In this document: piece after piece, positions 1 through 10,925 of the stretch
Layout of the letters: each line of letters opens with the position of its first letter
Numbering within the stretch: position 1 is the stretch's first letter
Origin: Vairimorpha necatrix
Lineage: Eukaryota
Assembly: GCA_036630325.1 (NCBI GenBank)
Contig: CP142734.1
Span: 682,001 to 746,000 of the forward strand
DNA: 64,000 nucleotides
Reading direction: 5' to 3'
The notes under the pieces: generated by a model
What the model was told of the DNA's origin: nothing
The model's database searches: none
What the model saw: only the letters and a program-made list of their open reading frames with translations
Translations under genes and position numbers: made by a program

Positions 1-1353
1 GCAACACAGCCGGTAACACTCTCCCCTCCTTAGAACAAGGCTTCACTTCCAGAGAAGAGGTTAAATCCTCCAATATATCGTCATCTTTATTATATACTAC
101 AAAATCGTTTCGGTTTATAGAGTGTTCTATTCCAACTTCAAGACTCCTTACTTCATAGGCTCCTTTTAGTTTGTTTTTCGTGACTATGTAGGGTCCTATA
201 TATATTTTATCCAATCTTTCATTTCTATATAATGTATGGTAAGACATTAGGAACTTTTTACGTGGCTTCTTGAAGATATTGTACGTTATTCTTTTTAACC
301 TTTTTCTCGAGTTATCTAATCCATAGGGGATGATATTCCACAGTAGTTTTCCTGTAAATTTCGGCCTAAAAACAACATCACTTTTTGGCACGATTGATGC
401 GTGAGCGCTTCGAGCGATCGTATCTTCCTCGCCCGCCACGCTTTTAAATGGTCGTATAGGGATTTCTTTATTTTCTTCATACCCACTTAATTCCTTTCTC
501 GTGGGTATCTGATAGTATCTATTTTCCAGGTCGAGCTGTTGGTTTATTTTCGTGCTACTTAGATAAGCCCAACGCGCAATTAATCCAGATTTTGCCTTGT
601 TGTACTTTGTTCTATTAAACTCTTTAAAATCTATGCATAGTTGCATACAGTCGACCCCTTCCGTTGCGATTACAGCGGGTGTTTGGTAGTATCGCTTTCC
701 CGGGTCGAGCTGGCGGTTCAATTTCACTGTACTCAAATATGTAAAAGATTCTTCAAACAACTGAGGTTGACATACTTCTTCAATCATGGTTTCTTTTGCT
801 TTTGTATCTTCATTGCATAGGCGCACACCATCGTCTCTTTTCGTTACGATCGAACTTAATGAGTCCTTGGTACTCGTATAGTCGTCTCTTCCCGCGCTTT
901 TATTTACTTGCGCATTGTTTGGGTTGTTTCCATCGTGTTTGAGTATGTTCTTTTGTAAGCAAACAATATGCCTGCTGGTCGATGCACTCATCTCGGTTAA
1001 TCTCAGATTTCGATACTGAAGTGGGGTCTGAGCTGTTTCTGTACTTGCTCTTTTTTTAATCCGCATATCTTCTTGTTTTGACACTCTTTTGTCTATACTC
1101 TGTGGATAGTTTCGAATGCAATGGCCTCCTTTAGCCCTTCTTAGTTTCTCTCTATTAACTAAGTTTTTATCAACAAATGAGTTGGATTCACCTGATCCCA
1201 GGCGCATTCTTACTACATCGCCATTAACGGTATCTTCAACTGTAGTATCGTTCGTGTCTCTTGACACCGGATCTGCCTCGATTAAAAACACCTCTATTTC
1301 CTCGTGTTTATTGCAGTCCTTAAGCAAGTGCTCACCTCCGCACTTATAGCATA

Positions 1354-2052
1354 CTACTTTTCTCGGACGCTCTTTCGTTCTTTAGTATCTGGCCTCGAAG
1401 TCCTTGCTTCCCTTGGCCTATTCTGTTCAGGTCTCTGCCTTGAACTCTCAATAAATTTACGATTTCTCTCGTAAATCTTTAGTACAACGTCCCATGGCGT
1501 TGCCTCTTCCACCTTTTCTTTTAGTGACGGTGGGAAATATCTGGCCAATTCCTCAGTGATTCCAGTCATGCTGACCTTAGCTTTCTTGTTTAGCTTTACC
1601 AGGTCGTAAATGAAGCTTTCAATCTTCCTAGATTGAGGTCCAGAGAAAAGTTTTTTGTAAAGCATTCTAGTATAGTCAATTCCTTCCTGGAACTCTTCTT
1701 TCCCATACTTTCTTAGGAAAATTTGTTTAAATTCCGTGTATGCTTCCACCTCGTCTTCAACCATAGCCTCATACCATTGGAGCGCTATATCCCCCAGGTA
1801 TCTCTTCGTATAGTTCAATAGTTTATTGTCACTCCATTCTCTCTCGAGATATTGGAATTGGTTAATCCAAACCCATGCATTCTCGCTTTGGGTCCCGTTG
1901 AATTTCACCATCGTGTTAGTTGATATTCCTAACTTATCTAGCAGGTGATCCAATTCGTTGGATTTCGAATAGTTGTCGCCAGTGTTACCAGAAGGAGAGC
2001 TGGTTATTGAAGAAGGCTTTTTATTAGAAGAAGAACTATATTTATTTGGCAT
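1354..2052 (-). CDS. gag: Retrotransposon Gag (ATG inside LTR; zinc knuckle CYKCGGEHLLKDC continues in another frame)
   Basis: 232-aa ORF with F.G....A..W and L.D.ALQWY capsid-like motifs; homologous to ORFs at 6447-6707 and 59755-59964. Confidence 0.8.
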   Translation of the reverse strand: MPNKYSSSSNKKPSSITSSPSGNTGDNYSKSNELDHLLDKLGISTNTMVKFNGTQSENAWVWINQFQYLEREWSDNKLLNYTKRYLGDIALQWYEAMVEDEVEAYTEFKQIFLRKYGKEEFQEGIDYTRMLYKKLFSGPQSRKIESFIYDLVKLNKKAKVSMTGITEELARYFPPSLKEKVEEATPWDVVLKIYERNRKFIESSRQRPEQNRPREARTSRPDTKERKSVREK

Positions 2053-2184
2053 CTTTAGTCTATTTAAGATTTCTTAAATAGTTTTAGTTTCGGATCTGAA
2101 ACATAGATGGTTTCAGATCATTATCAACTGTTTCATCTTTCAGTTTTAGTCTGATTATTCGCGTGTGCAACACAGCCGGTAACA
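1983..2184 (-). repeat. 5' LTR (~202 bp)
   Basis: Inverted termini TGTTACC/GGTAACA; first 18 nt repeated at 1-18; related LTR at 46573-46748. Confidence 0.85.
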
Positions 2185-2672
2185 GGAATGATAGAACGTT
2201 CTTTAAAACGAACTATAATAATTACGTATATTAAAAAAAGAGATACAAAAACACTTACTGACCTTTTATTAAAATATGTGAGCACGGAAAGTACTTTATA
2301 CAGCGATATGTGGAGGGCTTACCGTTCCTTGGGTAATGATTTCAAACAACATCACATGGTCAACCACTCATTACACTTTCGAGATCCTAACACTGGGGTT
2401 CATACCAATACCATAGAAGGTAATTGGAGATCACTCAAAAATTCTATACCTAATCGAAATAGGTCTGCAAATGGTGCCAAACTTTATTTGTTTAGGTATA
2501 TGCTTCGAAGAAATGCATTTAATTCTGTTTTTGATGCATTATTAAATTTATTGTTCAAATTTTTGTTTTTGTTCCTTCCTCATCATTTTCTCTCCTCCAT
2601 TTTTTAAAAAAAACGGCAAAAAAAAGAAAAAAACCCTATATGCATTTTTGTTAGCTAAATCTAACTTTAGCC
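2185..2672 (+). mobile_element. Merlin (ISXO2-like DDE) transposon, 3' half with right TIR
   Basis: ORF 2188-2607 with SDMWRAY, VNHS, HTNTIEGNW; ends ...CTTTAGCC like the other GGCTAA-type TIRs. Confidence 0.85.
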
Positions 2673-3077
2673 TTTAAATCAATTGGGGTTGTACAACACT
2701 GCACTGTTAACCATTCTCTTGGTTTTATAAATCCAGAGAATGGTGTTCATACTAACACGATTGAAGGGACATGGGCTGGTGTTAAAAGAGTGATTCCTGC
2801 CAGACATCGGACTTAAAAGGATATAAATCGTTATCTTAATTTATTTACTTTTAAAAGAAATAATCCTACAAATACGTTCGAAATGTTAATAATAAGGGCA
2901 TTTTCCTAATAAATCTTTTTTAAAATCAATTTTTGTATCTAAATTTATAATTAATTATTATTTTTACTATCATAAAGTTATAGTAAAAAATGTCCCCTTC
3001 CTGCTCCTCCTTTTTTTGCACTTCGTTTTGGGGTTCGAAAAAATAAAATTAACACCCCCAGAGGGGGTTTATTGGCC
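2673..3077 (+). mobile_element. Merlin transposon 3' fragment (second family)
   Basis: Translates to [24 protein letters not shown]; ends ...TTATTGGCC. Confidence 0.7.
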
Positions 3078-3243
3078 TGTTTAGCCCTAAATAATATGTT
3101 ATAACTGTTTTTTAAATATTATAACTTTTGTAAATTCATATTTTCATAAAAATATTGTTTTAAATATAATTTTAAGGGTTAAAAATATTTTTTTTATATA
3201 AATTTAATTGGTCAATGTAATTTTTTTTAGGGGGTGCGATTTT

Positions 3244-4260
3244 TTAAGTAGCGCCCAAGATTTTTGTCCCTGATAATCTGTTATAGTTTATTGCAGGGCT
3301 TAACCCTGCGATAGCAAGCTTTTTTTTGAGAGAAGAATCACTAGTATTCATATCCCACGTCACTACAATCTCCTTGTAGTTTCTTTTATCCTTCTCAATA
3401 CTTAGAAGGTTAATTACTTTACATAGTTTTTCGGCCTTTAACTCTCTCTCTTGTGGAACGTAAACATTGATTATTAAGACCTTTGTCCATCCCATACTAG
3501 TTTTGAATTCAACGACAGTTTGTAGAATATTGTCGTCATCCCCTTTTTTGGAACATCTTACTGCCCCGTCTTTTCTGACTAGAGTCATTAGACCCGGCCG
3601 ATACTTTCATATGGCTGGTGTCTCCACCACCATATACTTTTCTAGTCTCGTAGAACCTAAGGATTTCTTCCAAGTTTCTTGAAGACATAAGACTGTTGGC
3701 TTTTCCACTTTAAGGAGGTTTTCTAAGTCCTTCTTCTTGCCGTAGAAATGGTTGATGTTAAGACTATAGAGCTTGGCCTTTTCTATGGACTTGCATCTTC
3801 TTTTATTCTCCACCCTATCACAAGTTGGAATTTCTTTTAATATTTCTAGGCCAAGTATATCCATGGCTTCAGAAATTTCCTTTTTTCTTGACCTTCTGAC
3901 TACGCAGAAGGTGAAGTTAGCATCTTTTCTGCGATGCTTTCTGGTATAGATAAGAGAGTCCGATAATCCCGTTGACATTCTGGCTAACTGTTGTCGGAGT
4001 TCTTCTCCTTTGATATGGTTGGCCATTGTTTTAACTAGACACAACCCCTTTTGAATGCTTGTTCTCAGCATTCTAGCTTTTACCATGATATAGACATGAG
4101 ATTTAAATCTCAGTTTACATCCATTACTTTTATTAGTAAAGTTACTAATTTTTGGTGAATTGTTGGGTAGACAATAATTTTTGGTACAGCTAAGAAGCCG
4201 TATAACTTGTTTTTTATTAAAATTGTTGAGTCCCGAAGACATGTCTGTATTAAATTGCAT
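3244..4260 (-). pseudogene. Non-LTR retrotransposon (LINE) apurinic-endonuclease fragment, frameshifted and 3'-truncated
   Basis: APE motifs SLNIN, LCLQET, IINVYVP, WDMN (GDFN-like) in ORFs 3607-4260 and 3244-3588. Confidence 0.75.
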
Positions 4261-4394
4261 AATTTATTAGAATAAGTTTTCTTAAATAGTTTCAGTGAAA
4301 CATACGTTACAGATAATAGAAGATAACTGGTTTACGATGACTGAAACTGTCTGGTGTTTGAAACAAGATAGTACTTGTTTCATGTGTTACAACA
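4224..4394 (-). repeat. Probable solo LTR (~171 bp)
   Basis: TGTTG...CAACA termini, flanks AAAAT/AAAGT, shares TTTCTTAAATAGTTT with LTR 1983-2184. Confidence 0.5.
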
Positions 4395-5144
4395 AAAGTA
4401 ATTCTTATATCAGAGATTTTGGGATGTAATGTACAAAATGTAAGTTACACCCTAGATAAATTATATAAATTAAAAATTTATGATAAGTATTTGAACAAGC
4501 TGAAGCAGATAGGCGGACAAGATATCATTGTAGAAATAGATGAAAGTAAAATTGGCAAAAATAAGCATCATAGGAAAAGATTAGTCAAGGGGGTTTTGTG
4601 TTTCGGTATGGTGAAACGAACCGAAGCAAAGAAGATTATATTCGTAATTTTAAAGAAAAGAGACAGAGATACATTATTTCCAATCATGTTTAAGCATGTA
4701 AATTTTGAATCCGTAATTCATTCGGATATGTGGAGGACGTATGCAACGTTAAAAAATCATTATGCGGACCATAGGACTGTGAATCACAGTCAAACTTTTA
4801 GAGACAGAAAGACAGGTGTGCATACAAACACCATAGAAGGGAATTATAGGTCTAAAAGCTCCTGTACCGAATAAATGTAGGACTTATGAACTTGATGGGA
4901 TATATTTAGTTCTATATATGATTAAACAAAATGAGAGCATTGACATCATCAAAGCATTATTAAAATTATGTTTTTGATATATTTTCTTTTTTAAAGTTAA
5001 TTTTTATGCATTTTTACGTCTTAATCGTATTTTAGGTCTTTTTCTTCATTGCTCATCATTCCTTTCCTTTTTTAAAAAAGGGGCAATTTTTTAAAAATTT
5101 TGACCCCCCCCCCCAATTTTTTTACACAGATGCTGATTTTAGCC
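4395..5144 (+). mobile_element. Merlin transposon, 5'-truncated
   Basis: ORF 4419-4874 with VEIDESK, SDMW, HTNTIEG; right TIR ending ...GATTTTAGCC. Confidence 0.8.
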
Positions 5145-6790
5145 AAAACTGCTTATTTGATTTAGTGATGTACTATACACTCTCTACCTCTTCCTGAAAA
5201 AACTTTCGTTTAACGAGGCACAGTGGGTAGTTTCGTTTGCATATCACTCTCCGTTCGCTTAATTCAATTTTATGCTCGACTATTTGTTTTTTTCTTGAAC
5301 TTTCCAATTTCTTTAAATAGCATTAATTTGTAATTATTATAGTTCGTAGATCGATTAGTTATTATTGAGTATGTAGATTCCTTTTCAAGATTTAAAAGTC
5401 TAGAAGGCGCAATAGTTTTATTTTCAACTTTCACTGACTGATTCCCGTAGTCTATTCTAACTCCATGCTTCATCACAAAGTCTCTTCCTAATATTATGTC
5501 GCCTTCAAGATCTTCCACTACAAATCGCTTTGTCCTTTAGTTATACACATTAATTTTTATCTTAGTGTCTACTAAGTTTTCGATCTCAGTGCTTCCAAAC
5601 ACTGCTCTCGGGTTGACTCCTTGCACCGGCACAAGTCTTCATTTACGACTAGATCGTTGTTTTTAAAGGAGTTCAATGCTCTCGAATCAAATAGTATCTT
5701 CACTCTTTCTTCTTTGAGTGAACCTTCTACTGTATAAAAGTTTGTGTCCTCGGACACCGAACCTGCTTTTATAGATAACTATTTCTTTTCCTCGTGTTTG
5801 CAGTCTCTGAACAAGTGTCCACCTCCACACTTGAAACGCACTAACTGTCTTTTGGTATTGTTAGTTTTACTCTCGGAGCCTGACTTAGGATCATTTACTT
5901 CTCTTGGTCGTGATAAATCAATTCTTGTCTTTAATGTCTCAATTAATCTGTGGTATCCACCACTGAGGAAAGTATTTAAAATGATTTTATTTATTATTTT
6001 GTTTGTTCTTTCCATTACTCCGTACCCCTCTCCGGATAAATTGATTAAATAAATGTTGGAGGGAAAATTGGACGAATTTGGAGGGAAAGATTTTAGAAAT
6101 ATATTTTATGATATTTGGTATATCATATAATCTTATATTATAACTGTAGATTTTCAACAGTTCTTTCCACGACGTAGCGTCCTCCACTCTTTCTTTCGAG
6201 GATAATGGGAAATATTTGGGCAACTTAGCTATTATATCCGTGATATCAATTCTAGCTTTCTTATTATGCTTACTAAGCTCGTAATAAAACTCTATTATGT
6301 TCTGAGACTTGGGCCCGTATATAATTTTTTGTAAAATATTTGTACAGAATTGTTTCTTCTCGGAGCTCTTCATTCCCGTACTTGTTAAGAAATTCTTGTT
6401 TAAAATCTGCGAAGGCCAACACTTCATCTTCAACCATGGCCTCGTACTATAGCAATGCCGAATCTCTCAAGTACTTCTTTATGTACTTCATTAGTTTGAG
6501 ATCGATCCACTCACCCTCGAGGTAACTGAATTGGTTCAGCCATATCCAGGCATCTTTCCCAATTTCTCCTCGGGAATACAACATTCTGTTCGTTGTGATT
6601 CTCATTCTTTCCATCATACATTCCAGTTCGTTGGTTCTGGTCCCGTTGTCGCCAGTGTTACCAGCGAGAGAAGATTTGCTTTTATAAGTAGTAGGTTTAT
6701 TTGGCATTCTTATTTTTGGGGGTTATCCTTAAATACTTTTCTTTGTTTGTTTGTTTGTTTACATGACGAGCTATGACAGTAAACAAACAA
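5145..6790 (-). mobile_element. Non-autonomous gypsy element (degenerate gag + protease only)
   Basis: LTR end GGTAACA + PBS TGGCGACAAC at ~6656; gag pieces 6447-6707, 5987-6433, 5779-; protease LFDSRA / ILGRDF; PPT GGAAGAGGTAGAGAG at 5194-5180 followed by TGT. 5' boundary approximate. Confidence 0.7.
5949..6127 (-). repeat. Solo LTR inserted in gag
   Basis: TGTGGTAT...ATATCATA termini, perfect TSD TAATC; removal restores gag ...YNIRLIETLK... Confidence 0.85.
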
Positions 6791-6814
6791 TCAATAATGT
6801 TAAGGAAGGCACTT

Positions 6815-7051
6815 TGACATATCCCAATTCGAAATATGTCTCTAAAATATTTTTATTTACAATTTTTTATTTAGGTTTTTTAGCATGGGGTTCTTCCCTG
6901 ATATTGTTGTCTGTTTTTTCTGTCTGGTGTTCATCTTTTAAGTTGGTTGTGTATGGGTAAGGGCTGAAATTATATTTATAGTTTTATATGTTTGATCTTT
7001 AAACAAACAAACAATTATTCTTATGGATCTGTGCTGCACAAAGATACCACA
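6815..7051 (-). repeat. Solo LTR related to 9812-10077
   Basis: TGTGGTATC...TGTCA on minus strand, perfect TSD CACTT. Confidence 0.9.
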
Positions 7052-7208
7052 CACTTCAGCCTCATAACAAGCGGATCTGATATATTTAATAATAGTATGA
7101 CTTTTTATTGTTTTTAATTTGAATATACCCAAAAGTGCTTGGCTTCATTCTCATTGATTCTACTATTCTTCATACCCATCAAAGAAAAAACATTTATATA
7201 CTAAAATA

Positions 7209-8316
7209 GGTGCATCTTTAGTAACGTGCAGAAGGTAACACCCCCCCCCCCTTACAGAAAAAAATTTAACAAAATTTTGAATAAAAATATGAAAACGATA
7301 TAAAAATGCTTATTTAATTCATTAGTTTTTATAAAAGATTAACAAAACCCTTATAGAAGTCTACCATAACATCTTCTCGAAGCATAAATTTCCTATACAT
7401 AAATTCATCGAGCAATGTATCTATCTCCGACCGTTTTACTCCATGTTCTTTGGTCATTTCAGACTTCATTTGAGACCATACGTTCTCAATATTATTTGTA
7501 TGGATACCATCAGGAGATAAAAAACCTATAGAATGATTAACAACTTGATGACTTAGACATAAATTTTCTGACACCCCAGAATAACTAGGATGACCATCGC
7601 TATGTAAAACCGAACCTACACCAATTCTTCCCTCTAGAGCAGCAGTAAGGCACTCAATGGTTCTATTCTCTACCCTCGTAATGTAGAAGTTTGAAGGATT
7701 TTGAGCATCTATTATGCCCAAAATCCAAACGGTGTCCCTTATAAAGTCGTCCGAAGAGGTAGGAGATCTTATTTTACCCCCTCGGCACATAACAGACTCA
7801 TCTACTTGAACGACTTGCCCGGGTCCTCCGATTATAATTCTATGCATATCTTTATAGATCTTTCGGAGGCTGCTTTTTACGGCAGAGATTGTAGCTGTTG
7901 AAACGCCTAATCTTGCCATCAACTGAAAGTAAGAATATCTGCATAATATTCCAAATACAAGGTCACAGAATGTTTGAAGAGGGACCTTGCTGGGTTTATT
8001 AACAGCCAGCCTCGCACTGCATTTAAGTTCAAGCAGCGATATGCTACTCTTGTAACGATTTCTTTCTTGACAGGACCCAATCTCATGTTACATCCACATT
8101 TGGAACATGATTTTTGCTCCTTCAGCACTTCTAAGTCAATTAAAGCTTCTAAACAGGTGTCAATGTTATGGAAGAGCCTTTGTATATACACAAGTTTCAT
8201 TTTTGTGCTTTTCTTTAGTAACGTGCCGGAGTTTTCTAAATCTAAGTTTTCCATTTTAGGGGTAAAAAAATATTTTTTAAAAAAACAAAATCCCGGCACG
8301 TTACTAAAGATGCACC
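7209..8316 (-). mobile_element. Merlin transposon (copy A), frameshifted transposase
   Basis: TIR GGTGCATCTTTAGTAACGTGC; ORF 7329-7922 with VQVDES, SDGHPSY, HTNNIENVW; near-identical inverted copy at 23835-24939. Confidence 0.95.
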
Positions 8317-9053
8317 ATTTATTTTTACTGTCTCTTGGAGCCCTACAGTATCTGGATGCATGCATCGACTTTCCGCAATTGTAACAAGTAACTTGTTTTG
8401 GTTCCCGAACCTTCAAAGTCTTAAGTTGTGTTAAGATACTTTCCAGTTCTCTAATTTTCTCTTTAAGTTCAAGTTCCTTCTTTTCTAATTCCTTTTTTCC
8501 CTTTTTAATTTTTCTGCTTGATAAGTACCTTCTAACAGTCTAATGTCACTAAATAAAATTTCATTAACTACTTTACCTCTAATTGTTATTCTTTTTACAT
8601 CTGGGATCTCATACTTCATTCCCGCCAAGATAATTTTTTTTATATCTTCATTGTTTAGTTTATGAGCTCTGGCTCCTTCATCCACCAGTTTAATATAACA
8701 CAAATAGTCTCACCTGGTCCCTGTTTAAGACTTAACACATCTTTCATGCCTAATTTATTTGGAGAGCAAAATTCCTCCAATTCTTCCTTCCAACGACTCC
8801 AATTGAAAGCCGCTTTTCTCTGCTTCTGGTTGCAATACCAATCAATTATTTCAGGGCAAGCTCTGCTGATTATAAATTCCCTCTTCTGTTCATCACTCAT
8901 GCTTTTAAAATATGACAGTTTTCTAGTCTCTTGAGCTCTAGAGTAGCATTTTTATTGTAAGTTCTCTTGTCATGGGAATTACTTTTTCATTCCCCCCATT
9001 TTGTTTTCAAGCTCACTGTTCATAAAAATTAAGGGGTAAAAATTTAAATTTTT
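8317..9053 (-). pseudogene. gag: Gypsy gag (5' part of an element broken by inversion; continues at 24940)
   Basis: TACCCC..ATG at 9023, capsid-like ORFs 8655-8900 and 8485-8703, CYNCGKSMHASRYC zinc knuckle. Confidence 0.8.
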
Positions 9054-10094
9054 GGCTAAAGTCCACTTTAGCACGCAAAATTTGATATAGGGGTTTTTGT
9101 GTTTTTTTTGCTTCTTTTTAAAAATATGGAGGAGAGAATTTTGACGAGAGAAGAATTAGAAATCATATATAATGATTTAATGAGTAAGTTCTCGACTTAC
9201 CCCCACCCCTAAAAAAATAAAAAAAAATAAAAAAATAAATTATTTGACCCATAATGAGAATTAAAGAATTCAGAAAACTCATCTATAAAAAAATGAGTTA
9301 ATGCAATTTTTAATTGCAAAAAAAACATTTTGAGGGTTCCTATGTGCAATAAATGCAATATACCAATGACTCAAAATCGGACCAACACTGAAAACTATCG
9401 TTGTTATTCAAGACGTGAAGGTAAAAAATGTTCTAACAAAAGAACCATAATGAAACAAAGCGTTTTTAAGAACTCAAAATTGCCTATTGAGGATCTTTTA
9501 ATATTGCTTTGCGAATGGGTAAAGGGTTCAAGTAATTTGGCCGCCACGTTAGAACTTGATATAGGTAAATGTACGGTATCAAGATGGTTTACGCGTTTTA
9601 ATAACGCCGTGTACGTCTGCTATTCAACATATATAAACAATCAAACGATTGGCGGCGTCGGTTGTATTATTGAAATTGATGAAACTTTACTTGTAAAAAG
9701 TAAAAAACCATGCGGGAAGGGTTCTTCAATATCAAGTATGGGCAGTTGGAGGCGTTGTGAGAGGAAATGCGAATTCTTTTTTCTTTGAAATCGTAGAAAA
9801 TAGAACAAGAGTGATGTATCCCACTCTGAAATACGTCTCCAAAATACTTTTAGTAAAATTCAGTTTATTATTAATATTTTTATTGTTTAATCCAGGTCTG
9901 TCCCCGGTCGTTGTTCGGTCTGCTTCCTTAATTCTTTGTTGGTTGTTTTTCATCTTGTATTGTGGGTCAGGGCCAATTTTTATTTATAGCTTTAATTGTT
10001 TATTTGGTAAACAAACAAAACAAAACAAAACAAAACAAAATTAATAAATGTGTGGATCTTTAAGCAAGGATACCACAACCTGCCCTCTCCATTC

Positions 10095-10925
10095 TCAGGC
10101 CTGCAAATCAGTTGGTTTCGTTTTTATATTGTCAACATGTATCCACTCCTTCCTTTCGTTAATTTTTATCCAATTCTTTTTCTTACTCACTTCTGTAACC
10201 ATGTAAGGCCCAACGTAACAATCGTCAATCTTATTGCCTGTAAAATTCTCGACAAATATGGTATCTCCAACCTCTAAGGTGTTGTGCTCTTTGCTACTGA
10301 TATTTTCGGCCGCTCTGTCGCCTTTCTCGTCCGACCTTATTGTTATTTTAGGTTTATGATCTTTAGTTATTCTGTCCATGTCTAAGGCTGAATATCCTCT
10401 TAACACTGCATATGGTTGTTCTTGAATTCCCCTATGAAAATTTATATTTAGTCGTCTCATAATTAATTTTGTGACCAAATTTATTTCTTCGCCTTTATAC
10501 ATTCTGAGAACTTCGGCTATGGTCTGATTAAGCCTCTCGCTTATTCCGTTGGACGAAGGGTGATATGCTGGCGTCGCTATTTTCTTGATATTATTTTTTG
10601 TTAAGAATCGATCAAATTCCGCACTTGTATACTGCTTACCGTTATCGCAGATTAATGTTTGCTGGTAACCAAATTTCGTAAACCATTTCTCAAACTCTCT
10701 CGTCAGTTCTTTAGTGGTTGATTTCTCCAATAGTGTTACTCGCGTGTATCTACTGTATATATCTGTTATTGTCAGAAAGAATCCCCGTGTACTAAGTAAC
10801 GAATTTTCGTACTCTGCCAACTCGAAGGGACCAAAAATGTCTGTGCTAATCTTATCCATCAGCTTATCTGACTCAATTTTATACTTCTTCTTTTTCGTGT
10901 TTTCATCCTTTTGCATATTATGCAA
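10095..10925 (-). CDS. pol: Integrase core (frameshifted continuation of pol)
   Basis: DIFGP, CDNGKQY, SNGISERLN, GPY motif. Confidence 0.9.
   Translation of the reverse strand: MHNMQKDENTKKKKYKIESDKLMDKISTDIFGPFELAEYENSLLSTRGFFLTITDIYSRYTRVTLLEKSTTKELTREFEKWFTKFGYQQTLICDNGKQYTSAEFDRFLTKNNIKKIATPAYHPSSNGISERLNQTIAEVLRMYKGEEINLVTKLIMRRLNINFHRGIQEQPYAVLRGYSALDMDRITKDHKPKITIRSDEKGDRAAENISSKEHNTLEVGDTIFVENFTGNKIDDCYVGPYMVTEVSKKKNWIKINERKEWIHVDNIKTKPTDLQA

Larger units (their letters stand above)
1..2184 (-). mobile_element. Internally deleted (non-autonomous) Ty3/gypsy LTR retrotransposon; 3' LTR runs off the window start
   Basis: 5' LTR 2184-1983 (TGTTACC...GGTAACA) followed by PBS TGGCGACAAC. 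PPT AGGAGGGGAGAG abuts the same LTR start at 18. Contains gag, a CCHC knuckle, a degenerate protease (LGSG) and only RT/IN scraps. Inserted into a Merlin transposase. Confidence 0.85.

Noticed and set aside
7209-8316. Bacterial IS1595 contamination
   Set aside because: The elements are interleaved with gypsy retrotransposons via intact TSDs, so they are eukaryotic Merlin elements
7919-8416. 165-aa zinc knuckle-transposase fusion gene
   Set aside because: ORF simply reads from the broken gag through the TIR, has no true ATG of its own, and the frame differs in copy B
10008-10042. (AAAC/AAAAC)n microsatellite as a telomere-like repeat
   Set aside because: Internal part of an LTR, duplicated at ~13993-14025
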